A stretch of 64,000 bases of DNA, from contig CAVYYH010000005.1 in NCBI GenBank assembly GCA_963772705.1, forward strand, positions 290,428-354,427, read 5' to 3'. This document shows positions 9,704 to 19,255 of this stretch, piece after piece. Position numbers and translations under genes: made by a program. The DNA comes from an uncultured Bacteroidales bacterium. Its GTDB lineage: Bacteria; Bacteroidota; Bacteroidia; Bacteroidales; VadinHA17. The notes under the pieces are model-generated. The model was not told the DNA's origin and ran no database searches. It was given only the letters and a program-made list of their open reading frames with translations. The first letter of the stretch is position 1; every line of letters begins with the position of its first letter.

Positions 9704-12451
9704 ATGAGCAACATAGCCTATATTGACAACATACCGTTTCCTGTTTCCGATGGCGAGACCATACTGGAATTTGTCAGGAGAAACAGGGGGCGTGATCTGA
9801 TACCTACACTGTGCCAGGCTGATAACCTTGAGAACTACGGATCGTGCAGAATATGCTCGGTTGAGGTGGCACTGAAGGAGAACGGGCCCTCAAGGGTGAT
9901 GGCCTCATGCCATACCCCTGTGACACCGGGGCACTATATCTACCCTTCGACCGACAGGATCACCAGGCTGAGAAGAAACATCATTGAGCTTGTTTTGTCA
10001 GAATACCCTGAGGCATCCATCACACCCGATGCGGGGATGCTGCCGACAGAGTTTCAGAGTGTGGTGGCGACGACAGGGGTGAGCCAGGTGAGATATCCTG
10101 TCTCTGTTGCAAAGCATGAGAAAGATATGAGTCATCCCTATGTCTGGTCTGACCTCTCAGAGTGCATCAAATGCTACCGCTGCGTAAGAGCCTGCGACGA
10201 GTTGCAGGCGGAACACGTTCTTGGCATTCACGGCAGAGGTTCAGAAAGCCGGATCATCAAGGGGAGTGACCAGAACTTCATTGACTCGCCATGTGTCTCA
10301 TGCGGTGCCTGCGTACAGACATGCCCGACAAACGCGCTCACTGACAGGTACTCATCCAAAACGGTTGCCGCCGACAGGACGGTGCGTACCACCTGCACCT
10401 ATTGCGGTGTGGGATGTAACCTTGAGGTCAAGGTAAAGGATGAGGTGGTAAGGGCCATCCAGGCTCCTGTTGACAGCGAGGCCAACAGAGGTCACACATG
10501 TCTCAAGGGAAGATTCGCCTTCGAGTTTTATAACCATCCTGACAGGCTGAGGTCGCCGCTGATAAGGAAGAATGGCAGGCTGGAGGAGGTATCGTGGGAG
10601 GAGGCCTACTCCTATACCGCAACAAGGTTCAGGGAGATAAAGGAGAAGTACGGACCCGACGCTCTGGCGGGCATATCATCGGCCCGCTGTACAAATGAGG
10701 AGAACTACCTCATGCAGAAGTTCTTCAGGATCGTCATCGGTACCAATAATATTGACGGATGTGCCCGCGTATGTCATGCTCCTACGGCCATGGGAATGCA
10801 ATGGGCATATGGCACTGGTGCTGCCACCAACTCAATAGATGATCTCTACAGCACGGGATGCATTCTGCTCATCGGAGCAAATCCGTCAGCAGCACACCCG
10901 GTCACCGGGGCACGGATAAAGGCTGTGGTCGAAGCCGGGGTCCCTCTCATTGTGATTGACCCGCTCAGGATAGAACTGGCAAGACTGGCAAAATACCATC
11001 TTCAGATCAACCCCGGCACCAACGTGGCTGTGTTGAATATGTTTGCCTACTATATCCTTTCAGAAGGGATGATAGATGAACCTTTCATCACCTCACGGAC
11101 CGAGGGCTGGGACGGGTTCAGCCATTACCTCCTTTCTCAGGACATTGATAAGCTCGAGAAAATATGCGGCGTAGACCGGGAGCTTGTCAGGGCTGCAGCA
11201 TTGGAATATGCCTCTGCAAAGGCTGCGATGGAGTTTCATGGCCTTGGAGTGACCGAGCACTGGCAGGCGACGAAGGCCATCACCCTCATTTCCAATATTG
11301 CGATGATGACAGGCAACATAGGCAAGCCAGGTGCGGGTGTGAATCCACTCAGGGGACAGAATAACGTCCAGGGTGCGGCAGACATGGGTGTGCAGCCCCA
11401 CCAGGGCGCCGGGTATCTGGCTGTAACAAATCCTGATAATATTGCCCTGTATACTGAATTTTACGGTGTTGAACATCCCTCGAAGGTCGGCTACCGCATC
11501 CCGGAGATGTTCGCAGCAGCAGGCAGGGGCGACCTGAAGGCTATGTGGATCATGGGCGAAGACCTTCTCCAGACTGACCCCAACACCTGTCACGTCAGAA
11601 GCTCGCTCGAGGGGCTCGAATTCCTCGTTGTTCAGGAGATCTTCATGACGGAGACCGCAAGGATCGCCGATGTGGTCTTCCCTGCCTCATCATTCCTTGA
11701 AAAGGAGGGGACCTTCACCAATGGCGAGAGGAGGATACAAAGGGTGCAGAAGGTCGTTGAACCCCTTGAAGGGACAAAGCCCGACGGCCAGATAGTCGTT
11801 GACATGATGAACGCTATGGGATACAGGCAGAAAGGTTATGGTGCCGATGTCATCCTGAAAGAGATAGCCGGCATTGTACCCTTCTTCAGGGGGGTGAAGT
11901 GGGATGAGCTGGGTAACAACGGCAAACAGTGGCCGGTCAGGGAAGATGGCGCCGATACAAGGATACTGCATACCGACACCTTCAAACGGGGGCTGGGCAA
12001 ATTCCATTCATGGGACTTTGAGAAAACGCCTGAACTGGCCGAACACGAAGATAAATATCCCTATATTTTAACTACCGGCAGGCTTCTGGAACACTATAAC
12101 AGCGGTACAATGACGCGGAGAACTCCAAACAGGGAGCTTGTGAAAGAGGATATACTCTATGTCCATCCGGATGACGCAAGGATCAAGGCCGTTGTCTCGG
12201 GTGATTTCGTCAGGATCTTTTCGGCAAGAGGGATGACGACAATGAAGGTGCAGGTTACGGATGTCGTCAAGCCGGGTGTAATCTATACGACCTTTCATTT
12301 TCCGGAGGCAGCAATAAACTTCCTTACCAGCAGTGTGGGCGATGAGTATACCCTCACCCCTGAATACAAGGTTGTAGCTGTTGACTTTGAAAAATCTCTT
12401 TACGGGATTTTCCGGAGGGCAGAATGCGTCTCTGAAATAAAAAATGATTGA
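9704..12451 (+). CDS. fdhA: formate dehydrogenase alpha subunit, NAD-linked type with NuoG-like Fe-S N-terminus (Cys, not Sec, at the Mo/W ligand position)
   Basis: 915 aa. It has a 2Fe-2S ferredoxin N-terminus, CIKCYRCVRACDE and CVSCGACVQTCP clusters, the CTYCGVGCNLEV Mo-bisPGD 4Fe-4S site, and ARVCHAPT with TGT at 10772-10774. Confidence 0.85.
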   Translation: MSNIAYIDNIPFPVSDGETILEFVRRNRGRDLIPTLCQADNLENYGSCRICSVEVALKENGPSRVMASCHTPVTPGHYIYPSTDRITRLRRNIIELVLSEYPEASITPDAGMLPTEFQSVVATTGVSQVRYPVSVAKHEKDMSHPYVWSDLSECIKCYRCVRACDELQAEHVLGIHGRGSESRIIKGSDQNFIDSPCVSCGACVQTCPTNALTDRYSSKTVAADRTVRTTCTYCGVGCNLEVKVKDEVVRAIQAPVDSEANRGHTCLKGRFAFEFYNHPDRLRSPLIRKNGRLEEVSWEEAYSYTATRFREIKEKYGPDALAGISSARCTNEENYLMQKFFRIVIGTNNIDGCARVCHAPTAMGMQWAYGTGAATNSIDDLYSTGCILLIGANPSAAHPVTGARIKAVVEAGVPLIVIDPLRIELARLAKYHLQINPGTNVAVLNMFAYYILSEGMIDEPFITSRTEGWDGFSHYLLSQDIDKLEKICGVDRELVRAAALEYASAKAAMEFHGLGVTEHWQATKAITLISNIAMMTGNIGKPGAGVNPLRGQNNVQGAADMGVQPHQGAGYLAVTNPDNIALYTEFYGVEHPSKVGYRIPEMFAAAGRGDLKAMWIMGEDLLQTDPNTCHVRSSLEGLEFLVVQEIFMTETARIADVVFPASSFLEKEGTFTNGERRIQRVQKVVEPLEGTKPDGQIVVDMMNAMGYRQKGYGADVILKEIAGIVPFFRGVKWDELGNNGKQWPVREDGADTRILHTDTFKRGLGKFHSWDFEKTPELAEHEDKYPYILTTGRLLEHYNSGTMTRRTPNRELVKEDILYVHPDDARIKAVVSGDFVRIFSARGMTTMKVQVTDVVKPGVIYTTFHFPEAAINFLTSSVGDEYTLTPEYKVVAVDFEKSLYGIFRRAECVSEIKND

Positions 12452-12460
12452 TTATTGCTA

Positions 12461-12486
12461 TGTACCCCTAAAAATAGGGGGGTACA
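12461..12486 (+). terminator. hairpin terminator after fdhA
   Basis: TGTACCCCT (12461-12469) pairs with AGGGGGGTACA (12476-12486), followed by TTTAAAAA. Confidence 0.55.
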
Positions 12487-12551
12487 TTTAAAAAGTTAAT
12501 AAATTATTTATAAAATACCATTAATTACAGGGGGTATTCTGTAAAATGATC

Positions 12552-12559
12552 TATTTTTG
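12552..12559 (+). promoter_or_regulatory. -7 box TATTTTTG for glnN
   Basis: TAnnTTTG motif 17 nt upstream of ATG 12576. Confidence 0.55.
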
Positions 12560-12575
12560 TCAAAAAAATAAGATC

Positions 12576-14765
12576 ATGGCAGAATTACGTTTCAGTGCAT
12601 TAAAGGAGTTATTTACCAGGGAGCCTGTTGAGGTTCTGTTGCCTAAGGAGACTGTATCGACATACTTTGCAGTCAATGTTTTTGACAAGCTCAAGATGGA
12701 ACGCTATCTCTCGAAGGAGGCATTCCGGGCAGTAATGACTGCGATAGACGAGGGGACACCCATCACCAGGCAGATAGCTGACCAGGTTGCTACCGGGATG
12801 CAGGCCTGGGCTATGGAGAGAGGCGTAACCCATTTTACTCACTGGTTTCATCCTCTCACTGATGCCACTGCCGAAAAGCATGATTCTTTCATAGGGCGGG
12901 GAGAGAGAGGTACAATGATAGAGATATTCTCCGGAGAGGTTCTCGTGCAGCAGGAGCCTGACGCCTCCAGCTTTCCCAGCGGAGGCATAAGAAACACTTT
13001 CGAGGCGCGCGGCTATACAGCATGGGATGTCTCCTCGCCTGCATTCATTGTGGGCACTACTCTTTGTATACCGACAGTCTTTGTTTCATACACCGGTGAA
13101 GCCCTTGACTATAAGACTCCGCTGCTCCGTTCTCTTGCGGCACTCGACCATGCTGCCGTGGAGGTGTGCCACCTCTTTGACAAGGATGTGAAGAAAGTTA
13201 TTGCGACACTGGGTTGGGAGCAGGAATATTTCCTCATTGACGAGGCGCTCTATTATGCACGCCCTGACCTCATGCTTGCTGACCGTACCCTGATGGGACA
13301 TCCTTCTTCCAAGGACCAGCAGCTCTCTGACCATTACTTCGGATCAATCCCTGAAAGAGTAAAGGCATTCATGAGAGAGTTTGAGTATGAGGCTTACAAG
13401 CTTGGCATACCCGTTAAGACACGCCATAATGAAGTGGCGCCCAACCAGTTCGAGTGCGCTCCGGTATATGAAGAAGCTAACCTTGCTGTTGACCACAATC
13501 AGCTTATCATGGATGTGATGCGCAGGGTGGCACGCAAACATAAGTTCCGCGTCCTGTTCCACGAAAAGCCCTTTGCTGAGGTCAACGGATCAGGCAAGCA
13601 CAGCAACTGGTCAATGGCCACTGACACAGGCATAAACCTCCTCTCTCCGGGAAAGAACCCCAAGAGCAATATGCAGTTTTTGACATTCCTTATAAATGTT
13701 GTCAAGGCTGTGAATGATAACCAGGAACTGCTGAGGGCCAGCGTGATGAATGAGAATAACTCCTACAGGCTCGGCGGGCATGAAGCCCCGCCGGCAATAA
13801 TCTCAGTCTTTCTTGGTACCTATCTCTCCGGAATCCTGGAAGATATTGCCAGCAAGGTTAAAGACAAGAAGATGACACCGCAGGAGAAGACTGAAATAAA
13901 GCTTGGTCTTGGCAAGATCCCGGAGATTCTGCTTGACAACACCGACCGCAACCGCACCTCTCCCTTTGCTTTCACCGGAAACAGGTTCGAGTTCAGGGCT
14001 GTCGGGTCATCAGCAAACTGCAGCTCGGCAATGATAGTACTCAATGCTGCCGTAACCCGCCAGCTGCGGGCCTTCACCCGGGAGGTAAATGTCCTGACTG
14101 ACAAGGGAAGGAAGAAGGATGAAGCAATTTTCCAGGTTCTGAAAAAGTATATAATTGATTCTGAGCGCATTAGATTTGAGGGCGACGGATACAGTGATGA
14201 ATGGCACCGTGAGGCCAAGAGGAGAGGGCTCTCATCAGAGATGAGTGTTCCCCTGACCCTCAAATCGTATGTAAACAGCTCATCACGTGAGACTCTGCTT
14301 GGAACGGGTGTCTTCACAGAGCGCGAGCTCGAGAGCAGGCTCGAGGTCGAGCTGGAGAAGTTTACAAAGAAGGTTCAGATAGAGGCCCGCGTGCTTGGCG
14401 ATCTGGCAATCAACCATATCATCCCGATCGCTGTCGGTTATATGACCACCCTGATTGAAAATGTCAGGGGGCTGCGTGATATATTTGACGACAATGACTA
14501 CATGAGGCTCGCCGGAGCACGTAAGGAACTCATAGTCAGTATATCCGATCATATATCAATGATCAAGAAACTGGTCGGAGACATGATAGAGGAGCGCAGG
14601 AAGGCGAACGTAATTGACGATCCGTTCAAGAAGGCTGTGGCTTATGAGAGCAAGGTGAAGCCCTACCTGGCAGAGATCAGGAACCATATTGACAAGCTTG
14701 AGCTCGTCGTTGACAATGAGATGTGGCCTCTGCCCAAATACCGTGAGCTGCTGTTTACGAGGTAG
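12576..14765 (+). CDS. glnN: glutamine synthetase type III
   Basis: ~729 aa from MAELRFSALKELF. It has the GSIII-specific length and blocks (THFTHWFHPLT, EQEYFLID, NEVAPNQFE, HEKPFAxVNGSGKHSNWS). The track start at 12546 lies upstream of the -7 box. Confidence 0.9.
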   Translation: MAELRFSALKELFTREPVEVLLPKETVSTYFAVNVFDKLKMERYLSKEAFRAVMTAIDEGTPITRQIADQVATGMQAWAMERGVTHFTHWFHPLTDATAEKHDSFIGRGERGTMIEIFSGEVLVQQEPDASSFPSGGIRNTFEARGYTAWDVSSPAFIVGTTLCIPTVFVSYTGEALDYKTPLLRSLAALDHAAVEVCHLFDKDVKKVIATLGWEQEYFLIDEALYYARPDLMLADRTLMGHPSSKDQQLSDHYFGSIPERVKAFMREFEYEAYKLGIPVKTRHNEVAPNQFECAPVYEEANLAVDHNQLIMDVMRRVARKHKFRVLFHEKPFAEVNGSGKHSNWSMATDTGINLLSPGKNPKSNMQFLTFLINVVKAVNDNQELLRASVMNENNSYRLGGHEAPPAIISVFLGTYLSGILEDIASKVKDKKMTPQEKTEIKLGLGKIPEILLDNTDRNRTSPFAFTGNRFEFRAVGSSANCSSAMIVLNAAVTRQLRAFTREVNVLTDKGRKKDEAIFQVLKKYIIDSERIRFEGDGYSDEWHREAKRRGLSSEMSVPLTLKSYVNSSSRETLLGTGVFTERELESRLEVELEKFTKKVQIEARVLGDLAINHIIPIAVGYMTTLIENVRGLRDIFDDNDYMRLAGARKELIVSISDHISMIKKLVGDMIEERRKANVIDDPFKKAVAYESKVKPYLAEIRNHIDKLELVVDNEMWPLPKYRELLFTR

Positions 14766-14820
14766 CCCTGGCAGATGGCAATAATTAAGGGGCTGCATCG
14801 TTAAGATTAATAACAATCAT

Positions 14821-14828
14821 TACTTTTG
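14821..14828 (+). promoter_or_regulatory. -7 box TACTTTTG
   Basis: TAnnTTTG motif 10-22 nt upstream of the two candidate ATGs (14839 and 14851). Confidence 0.5.
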
Positions 14829-14838
14829 CAATAAACGA

Positions 14839-16827
14839 ATGCGGCACCGTATGAATAATAGTTTTTTCCGGCTTGTGGTTCTGTTACTGCTTCTCCCGCT
14901 GGCACTCAACGCGCAGAAGCAGAAATCGGAACGGGCCTATGCAGCATTTCAGGCGGGGACCTACTATGAGGCCATCGACCTCTTCAAGGATGTCTACTCC
15001 AAGACCCGTGACAAACAGATCAAGGCTGAGATGGTCTTTATGGTGTCAGAGTGCTACAGGCTCGTCAACGATCCAAAGAATGCCGAGTTGTGGTACAAGA
15101 AAGCAGTAAAGTCGGCTTTTCCCAAGCCCGAGGCACAATACTGGCTTGCTGAGAGCATGAAGAAGCTGGGCCGTTATCCCCAGGCTATTGAGGAGTTCAG
15201 GAAATACCGTCAGCTCGTTCCGGGTGACCCGCGTACCGAGCAGGAGATAAGGGCATGCGAGCTTGCAATGGAGTGGCTTTCGTCTCCGGAAGCATACAAG
15301 GTAGAGGAACTTAAGGAGGTCAATTCAAAAGACTCAGACTTCAGCCCGTCATTTGCCCGCGACGATTACGGACTGGTATGGTTCACCTCATCACGGGATG
15401 ATGCCGAGGGCAATAAGGAACACGGGGCTACCGGTCAGAATTTTACCGATATTTTTGAGACCAGGCTCGATAAGAAAGGCAAATGGAGCACCCCTGTGCC
15501 TGTCAGTTATCTGAACAGTGAGTTTGAAGAAGGGGCACCGTCATTCACTGCTGACTTTACTGAGGTGTTCTTCACCCGGTGCGAGGCCGGCAAACGTGAG
15601 AACAAGGGATGCGTCATTATGTATTCAATGCGCGAAGGGACCCAGTGGTCCGAGCCCGAAAAGATTGAGATACTTGCTGACTCACTCGTCGCAGCACATC
15701 CGGCTGTAACACCTGACGGATCAACACTCTATTTTGTGTCTGATATCCCCGGAGGGTTCGGAGGGAAGGACATCTACCTTGCAACGAGAAAATCTGCAGG
15801 CAACTCATGGTCACGGCCTGAAAATGCCGGGCCTGATATCAACACGCGGGGGAATGAGTTGTTCCCGTACATACGTGACAACGGCATACTCTATTTTGCT
15901 TCCGACGGTCATATAGGGATGGGAGGGCTGGATATCTTCAGGGCCGTGCCTCAGACGGGAGGCAGTTGGCTTGTTCAGAACATGAGGCCACCAATCAACT
16001 CAAATGCTGACGACTTCGGTATAACCTTCGAGAGAGAGGCGGAGAGGGGGCTTTTCAGCTCGGCACGCAAAGGCAGGGGGGCAGATGATCTGTTCTCTTT
16101 TGAGTTGCCACCGCTGGTTTTCAGTATCACCGGGCTGGTTAAGGATGAGAAGACAGGACAGCCTGTGCCGGCTGCCACCGTGCAACTCATTGCCAGTGAC
16201 GGGGCGAACATGCAGGCAGAGTCAGGCAACGCGGGCGACTTCAAGTTCAGCCTGCGGCCAGAGGTTGACTATATCTTCCTTGCCTCGGCAAAAGGTTATC
16301 TTAACGGTAAGGAGAAAGAGACCACACGCGGGCAGGACAAGAGCCGCGAATTCATGGCCACCATCGTACTGACACCCATTGACAGGCCTATCGAACTTCC
16401 GAACATTTTCTACGACTTCGGCAAATGGGATCTGCGTCCCGAATCGATGGTGTCACTCGATAAGCTGGTAGAGACACTGAATGATAACCCGAATATCACA
16501 ATTGAACTGATGTCGCACACTGACTCGCGTGACACCGAGGAATATAACCTCGATCTGTCCCAGAAAAGAGCACAGTCGGTTGTTGATTATCTCATCGCTA
16601 AAGGTATTGAGAGAGAGAGACTCACCGCCAGGGGATACGGTGAGGCCAGTCCGAAAGTGGTTGATGCACTTATCGTACAGGAGTCGCCCTTCCTTCGTGC
16701 AGGAACCACGCTGACCGAGCAATATATAAACGCACTGCAGAGCGATGAGCAGAAAGAGATTGCTCATCAGATAAACCGCCGTACAGAGTTCAGGGTTCTG
16801 AGAACTGACTATGTTCCGGCAAAATAA
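14839..16827 (+). CDS. OmpA-family protein with TPR, TolB-like beta-propeller, CarboxypepD_reg-like and OmpA_C domains (PorE-like architecture)
   Basis: Signal peptide LLLLLPLALNAQ. TPR helices (AGTYYEAIDLFKDVY, AELWYKKAV). Repeated propeller blades (DGSTLYFVSD...GGKDIYLA, GILYFASDG...GGLDIF). A CRD-like segment (ITGLVKDEKTGQPVPAATVQL). OmpA_C (NIFYDFGKWDL...HTDSRD...NRRTEFRVL). The start may be 14851 (MNNSFF). Confidence 0.6.
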   Translation: MRHRMNNSFFRLVVLLLLLPLALNAQKQKSERAYAAFQAGTYYEAIDLFKDVYSKTRDKQIKAEMVFMVSECYRLVNDPKNAELWYKKAVKSAFPKPEAQYWLAESMKKLGRYPQAIEEFRKYRQLVPGDPRTEQEIRACELAMEWLSSPEAYKVEELKEVNSKDSDFSPSFARDDYGLVWFTSSRDDAEGNKEHGATGQNFTDIFETRLDKKGKWSTPVPVSYLNSEFEEGAPSFTADFTEVFFTRCEAGKRENKGCVIMYSMREGTQWSEPEKIEILADSLVAAHPAVTPDGSTLYFVSDIPGGFGGKDIYLATRKSAGNSWSRPENAGPDINTRGNELFPYIRDNGILYFASDGHIGMGGLDIFRAVPQTGGSWLVQNMRPPINSNADDFGITFEREAERGLFSSARKGRGADDLFSFELPPLVFSITGLVKDEKTGQPVPAATVQLIASDGANMQAESGNAGDFKFSLRPEVDYIFLASAKGYLNGKEKETTRGQDKSREFMATIVLTPIDRPIELPNIFYDFGKWDLRPESMVSLDKLVETLNDNPNITIELMSHTDSRDTEEYNLDLSQKRAQSVVDYLIAKGIERERLTARGYGEASPKVVDALIVQESPFLRAGTTLTEQYINALQSDEQKEIAHQINRRTEFRVLRTDYVPAK

Positions 16828-16853
16828 TTCCGCAGTACACTTGCCATAATATC

Positions 16854-18023
16854 ATGACAGACAGGTCTCGTTACGGCCGGAGAGGCGTCTCATCAGGAAA
16901 GGAAGATGTTCATGCCGCGATCAGCAAGGTTGACAAAGGTCTCTTCCCGGGTGCTTTCTGCAAGATAGTGCCTGACATGCTCGGAGGCGATCCGGAGTAC
17001 TGCAATATCATGCATGCAGACGGTGCAGGCACAAAGTCATCACTGGCATATGTGTACTGGAAAGAGACAGGCGACATCTCGGTCTGGAAAGGGATCGCCC
17101 AGGATGCGATTGTGATGAACCTTGATGACCTCCTCTGCGTGGGCGCTACTGACAACATTCTTCTCTCCTCAACCATAGGACGCAACAGGAATCTCATCCC
17201 CGGCGAGGTGATAAGTGCGGTTATCGAGGGTACGGAGGAGTTCCTCAGCCGCCTGCGTAAGGCAGGTGTGGGCATATGGTCAACGGGGGGTGAGACAGCA
17301 GATGTTGGAGACCTGGTCAGGACCATCATTGTTGACTCAACCGTAACCGCGCGCATGCGTCGCCGTGATGTCATCACCAATGCCGGAATAAGGCCGGGTG
17401 ACGTTATCGTCGGCCTTGCCTCATCGGGTCAGACTGACTGGGAGAGCGAGTATAACTCAGGCATGGGCAGCAACGGACTTACCTCCGCCAGGCATGATAT
17501 TTTTGAGAAGTACCTTGCCGGGCTCTATCCTGAGAGTTTTGATCCTGCTGTTCCTGAGGCACTGGTCTATTCGGGCAGAACAAAACTGACAGACCCTACT
17601 GCTGTGCCCGGCATTGACGCCGCCAGGCTGGTTCTGTCTCCCACACGCACGTATGCTCCTGTCGTCATCCGGATTCTCGGATCAATGCGCCATAAGATCC
17701 ACGGTATGGTGCACTGCTCGGGTGGCGGTCAGACGAAGATCCTGCATTTCATTGACAGGATGCATGTTATAAAAGACAATCTCTTCCCTGTGCCTCCTCT
17801 CTTTGAGATGATTCAGAAGAGCTCATCAACTCCCTGGGAAGAGATGTACCGTGTCTTCAACATGGGTCACCGCATGGAGTTGTTCGTTGACAGGGAGGAT
17901 GCTCAGCCGATCATCGATATTGCCGCTTCATTCAATCTGGAGGCCAGGATAGTGGGGCGGTGCGAGGCTGCCTCATCGAAAAAACTAACGATAAAAAGCG
18001 GCTTTGGGGAGTTTCAATATTAA
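16854..18023 (+). CDS. purM: phosphoribosylformylglycinamidine cyclo-ligase (AIR synthase), long Bacteroidota form
   Basis: 389 aa. AIR-synthase family blocks are present: HADGAGTKS, DDLLCVGA, GGETAD, HCSGGGQTK. Confidence 0.7.
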   Translation: MTDRSRYGRRGVSSGKEDVHAAISKVDKGLFPGAFCKIVPDMLGGDPEYCNIMHADGAGTKSSLAYVYWKETGDISVWKGIAQDAIVMNLDDLLCVGATDNILLSSTIGRNRNLIPGEVISAVIEGTEEFLSRLRKAGVGIWSTGGETADVGDLVRTIIVDSTVTARMRRRDVITNAGIRPGDVIVGLASSGQTDWESEYNSGMGSNGLTSARHDIFEKYLAGLYPESFDPAVPEALVYSGRTKLTDPTAVPGIDAARLVLSPTRTYAPVVIRILGSMRHKIHGMVHCSGGGQTKILHFIDRMHVIKDNLFPVPPLFEMIQKSSSTPWEEMYRVFNMGHRMELFVDREDAQPIIDIAASFNLEARIVGRCEAASSKKLTIKSGFGEFQY

Positions 18024-18100
18024 GGCAAGGTGTAAGGGGCAGAGGGCGCGGGGCATGAATATCCTTGCTCCTTGCTCCATGCTCCATGCTCCTTACCGCT
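18024..18100 (+). repeat. inverted arrays of heptamer repeats forming a long imperfect hairpin (probable purM terminator)
   Basis: G-rich arm 18024-18057 reads GGCAAGG TGTAAGG GGCAGAG GGCGCGG GGCATGA. C/T-rich arm 18063-18097 reads CCTTGCT CCTTGCT CCATGCT CCATGCT CCTTACC. The arms are complementary if G-U pairs are allowed. Confidence 0.5.
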
Positions 18101-18131
18101 CCTGCCTATTGTCTATTGCCTTAATAGTAAT

Positions 18132-18139
18132 TACCTTTG
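18132..18139 (+). promoter_or_regulatory. -7 box TACCTTTG for prfA-pyrF
   Basis: TAnnTTTG motif 22 nt upstream of ATG 18161. Confidence 0.55.
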
Positions 18140-18160
18140 CACCCTGAAATTAAGATTGCA

Positions 18161-19246
18161 ATGGCTAATATTCTTATACTTGAGAGGCTTGAGGGGGTAA
18201 AAAGACGTTTTGCGGAGGTGGGCGACCTGCTGACCGCACCCGATGTGATTTCCGATATGAAGCGTTACATCAGGCTGAGTAAGGAATACAAGGAGCTTCA
18301 GCCGGTAGTGGAGGCATATAACAGGTACAAGAGCGCACTCGATAACCTGGACAGCTCACGTGCACTGCTTGCTGCTGAGAAGGATGATGAGATGCGTGAG
18401 ATGGCGAAGGCTGAGATAGATACCCTCATCAATACCATCCCTGACATGGAGGAGGAGATAAAGTTTCTCCTTCTGCCGAGAGACCCTGAGGATGACAAGA
18501 ACGCAGTGATGGAGATACGTGCCGGCACTGGAGGAGATGAGGCAAGCATCTTTGCCGGTGATCTCTTCAGGATGTATTCCAAATACATCGAATCGAGAGG
18601 CTGGAGGGTCGAGCTCAGTTCTTTCCAGGAAGGGACTGCCGGAGGTTACAAGGAGATAGTTTTCAATGTCATAGGTGACGGTGTCTACGGAATCATGAAA
18701 TATGAATCAGGAGTCCACCGTGTGCAGAGGGTACCGCAGACGGAGACGCAGGGTCGCATTCACACCTCTGCAGCAACAGTCGCGGTGCTGCCCGAGGCCA
18801 GTGAGTTTGATATTGAGGTGCGCAATGAGGACATACGCAAAGACACATACTGCTCATCAGGACCGGGAGGACAGAGTGTAAACACGACATACTCGGCCAT
18901 AAGGCTGACACATGTCCCGACAGGAGTGGTGGTGACCTGCCAGGATGAGAAGTCGCAGATAAAAAACCTCGAGAAGGCAATGAAGGAGCTCCGCACACGC
19001 CTTTACAACCTCGAGTACCAGAAATATCTTGACGAGATTTCACACAAGCGCAAGACCATGGTCTCAACCGGCGACCGGTCTGCCAAGATACGCACATACA
19101 ACTACCCGCAGGGCCGGGTCACTGACCACCGTATCAACCTCACCATTTACAATCTTCCGGTTGTGCTCGACGGCAATATACAGGAGCTGCTTGACAAGCT
19201 TCAGATGGCAGAGAATGCCGAGAGACTCAAGGAAAGCACCAACTGA
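18161..19246 (+). CDS. prfA: peptide chain release factor 1
   Basis: It has the GGQ motif ([10 protein letters not shown]) and the RF1-type PxT tripeptide region ([13 protein letters not shown]). The track start at 18137 is TTG overlapping the -7 box, so ATG 18161 (MANILIL) is preferred. Confidence 0.92.
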   Translation: MANILILERLEGVKRRFAEVGDLLTAPDVISDMKRYIRLSKEYKELQPVVEAYNRYKSALDNLDSSRALLAAEKDDEMREMAKAEIDTLINTIPDMEEEIKFLLLPRDPEDDKNAVMEIRAGTGGDEASIFAGDLFRMYSKYIESRGWRVELSSFQEGTAGGYKEIVFNVIGDGVYGIMKYESGVHRVQRVPQTETQGRIHTSAATVAVLPEASEFDIEVRNEDIRKDTYCSSGPGGQSVNTTYSAIRLTHVPTGVVVTCQDEKSQIKNLEKAMKELRTRLYNLEYQKYLDEISHKRKTMVSTGDRSAKIRTYNYPQGRVTDHRINLTIYNLPVVLDGNIQELLDKLQMAENAERLKESTN

Positions 19247-19255
19247 TAACCGAAT

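Noticed and set aside
10772-10774. Selenocysteine codon in the formate dehydrogenase alpha subunit
   Set aside because: The ORF is uninterrupted. The ligand position in ARVCHAPT is a TGT Cys codon, so this is a Cys-type enzyme.
18063-18097. Short tandem repeats (here and at 25709-25743) as a CRISPR array
   Set aside because: The units are 7 bp with no spacers, and the arrays are only ~35 bp. No cas genes are in the window.
18161-19246. Programmed +1 frameshift of a release factor gene
   Set aside because: That mechanism belongs to prfB (RF2). This gene is RF1 (PxT-type tripeptide region, GGQ) and is a single intact frame.
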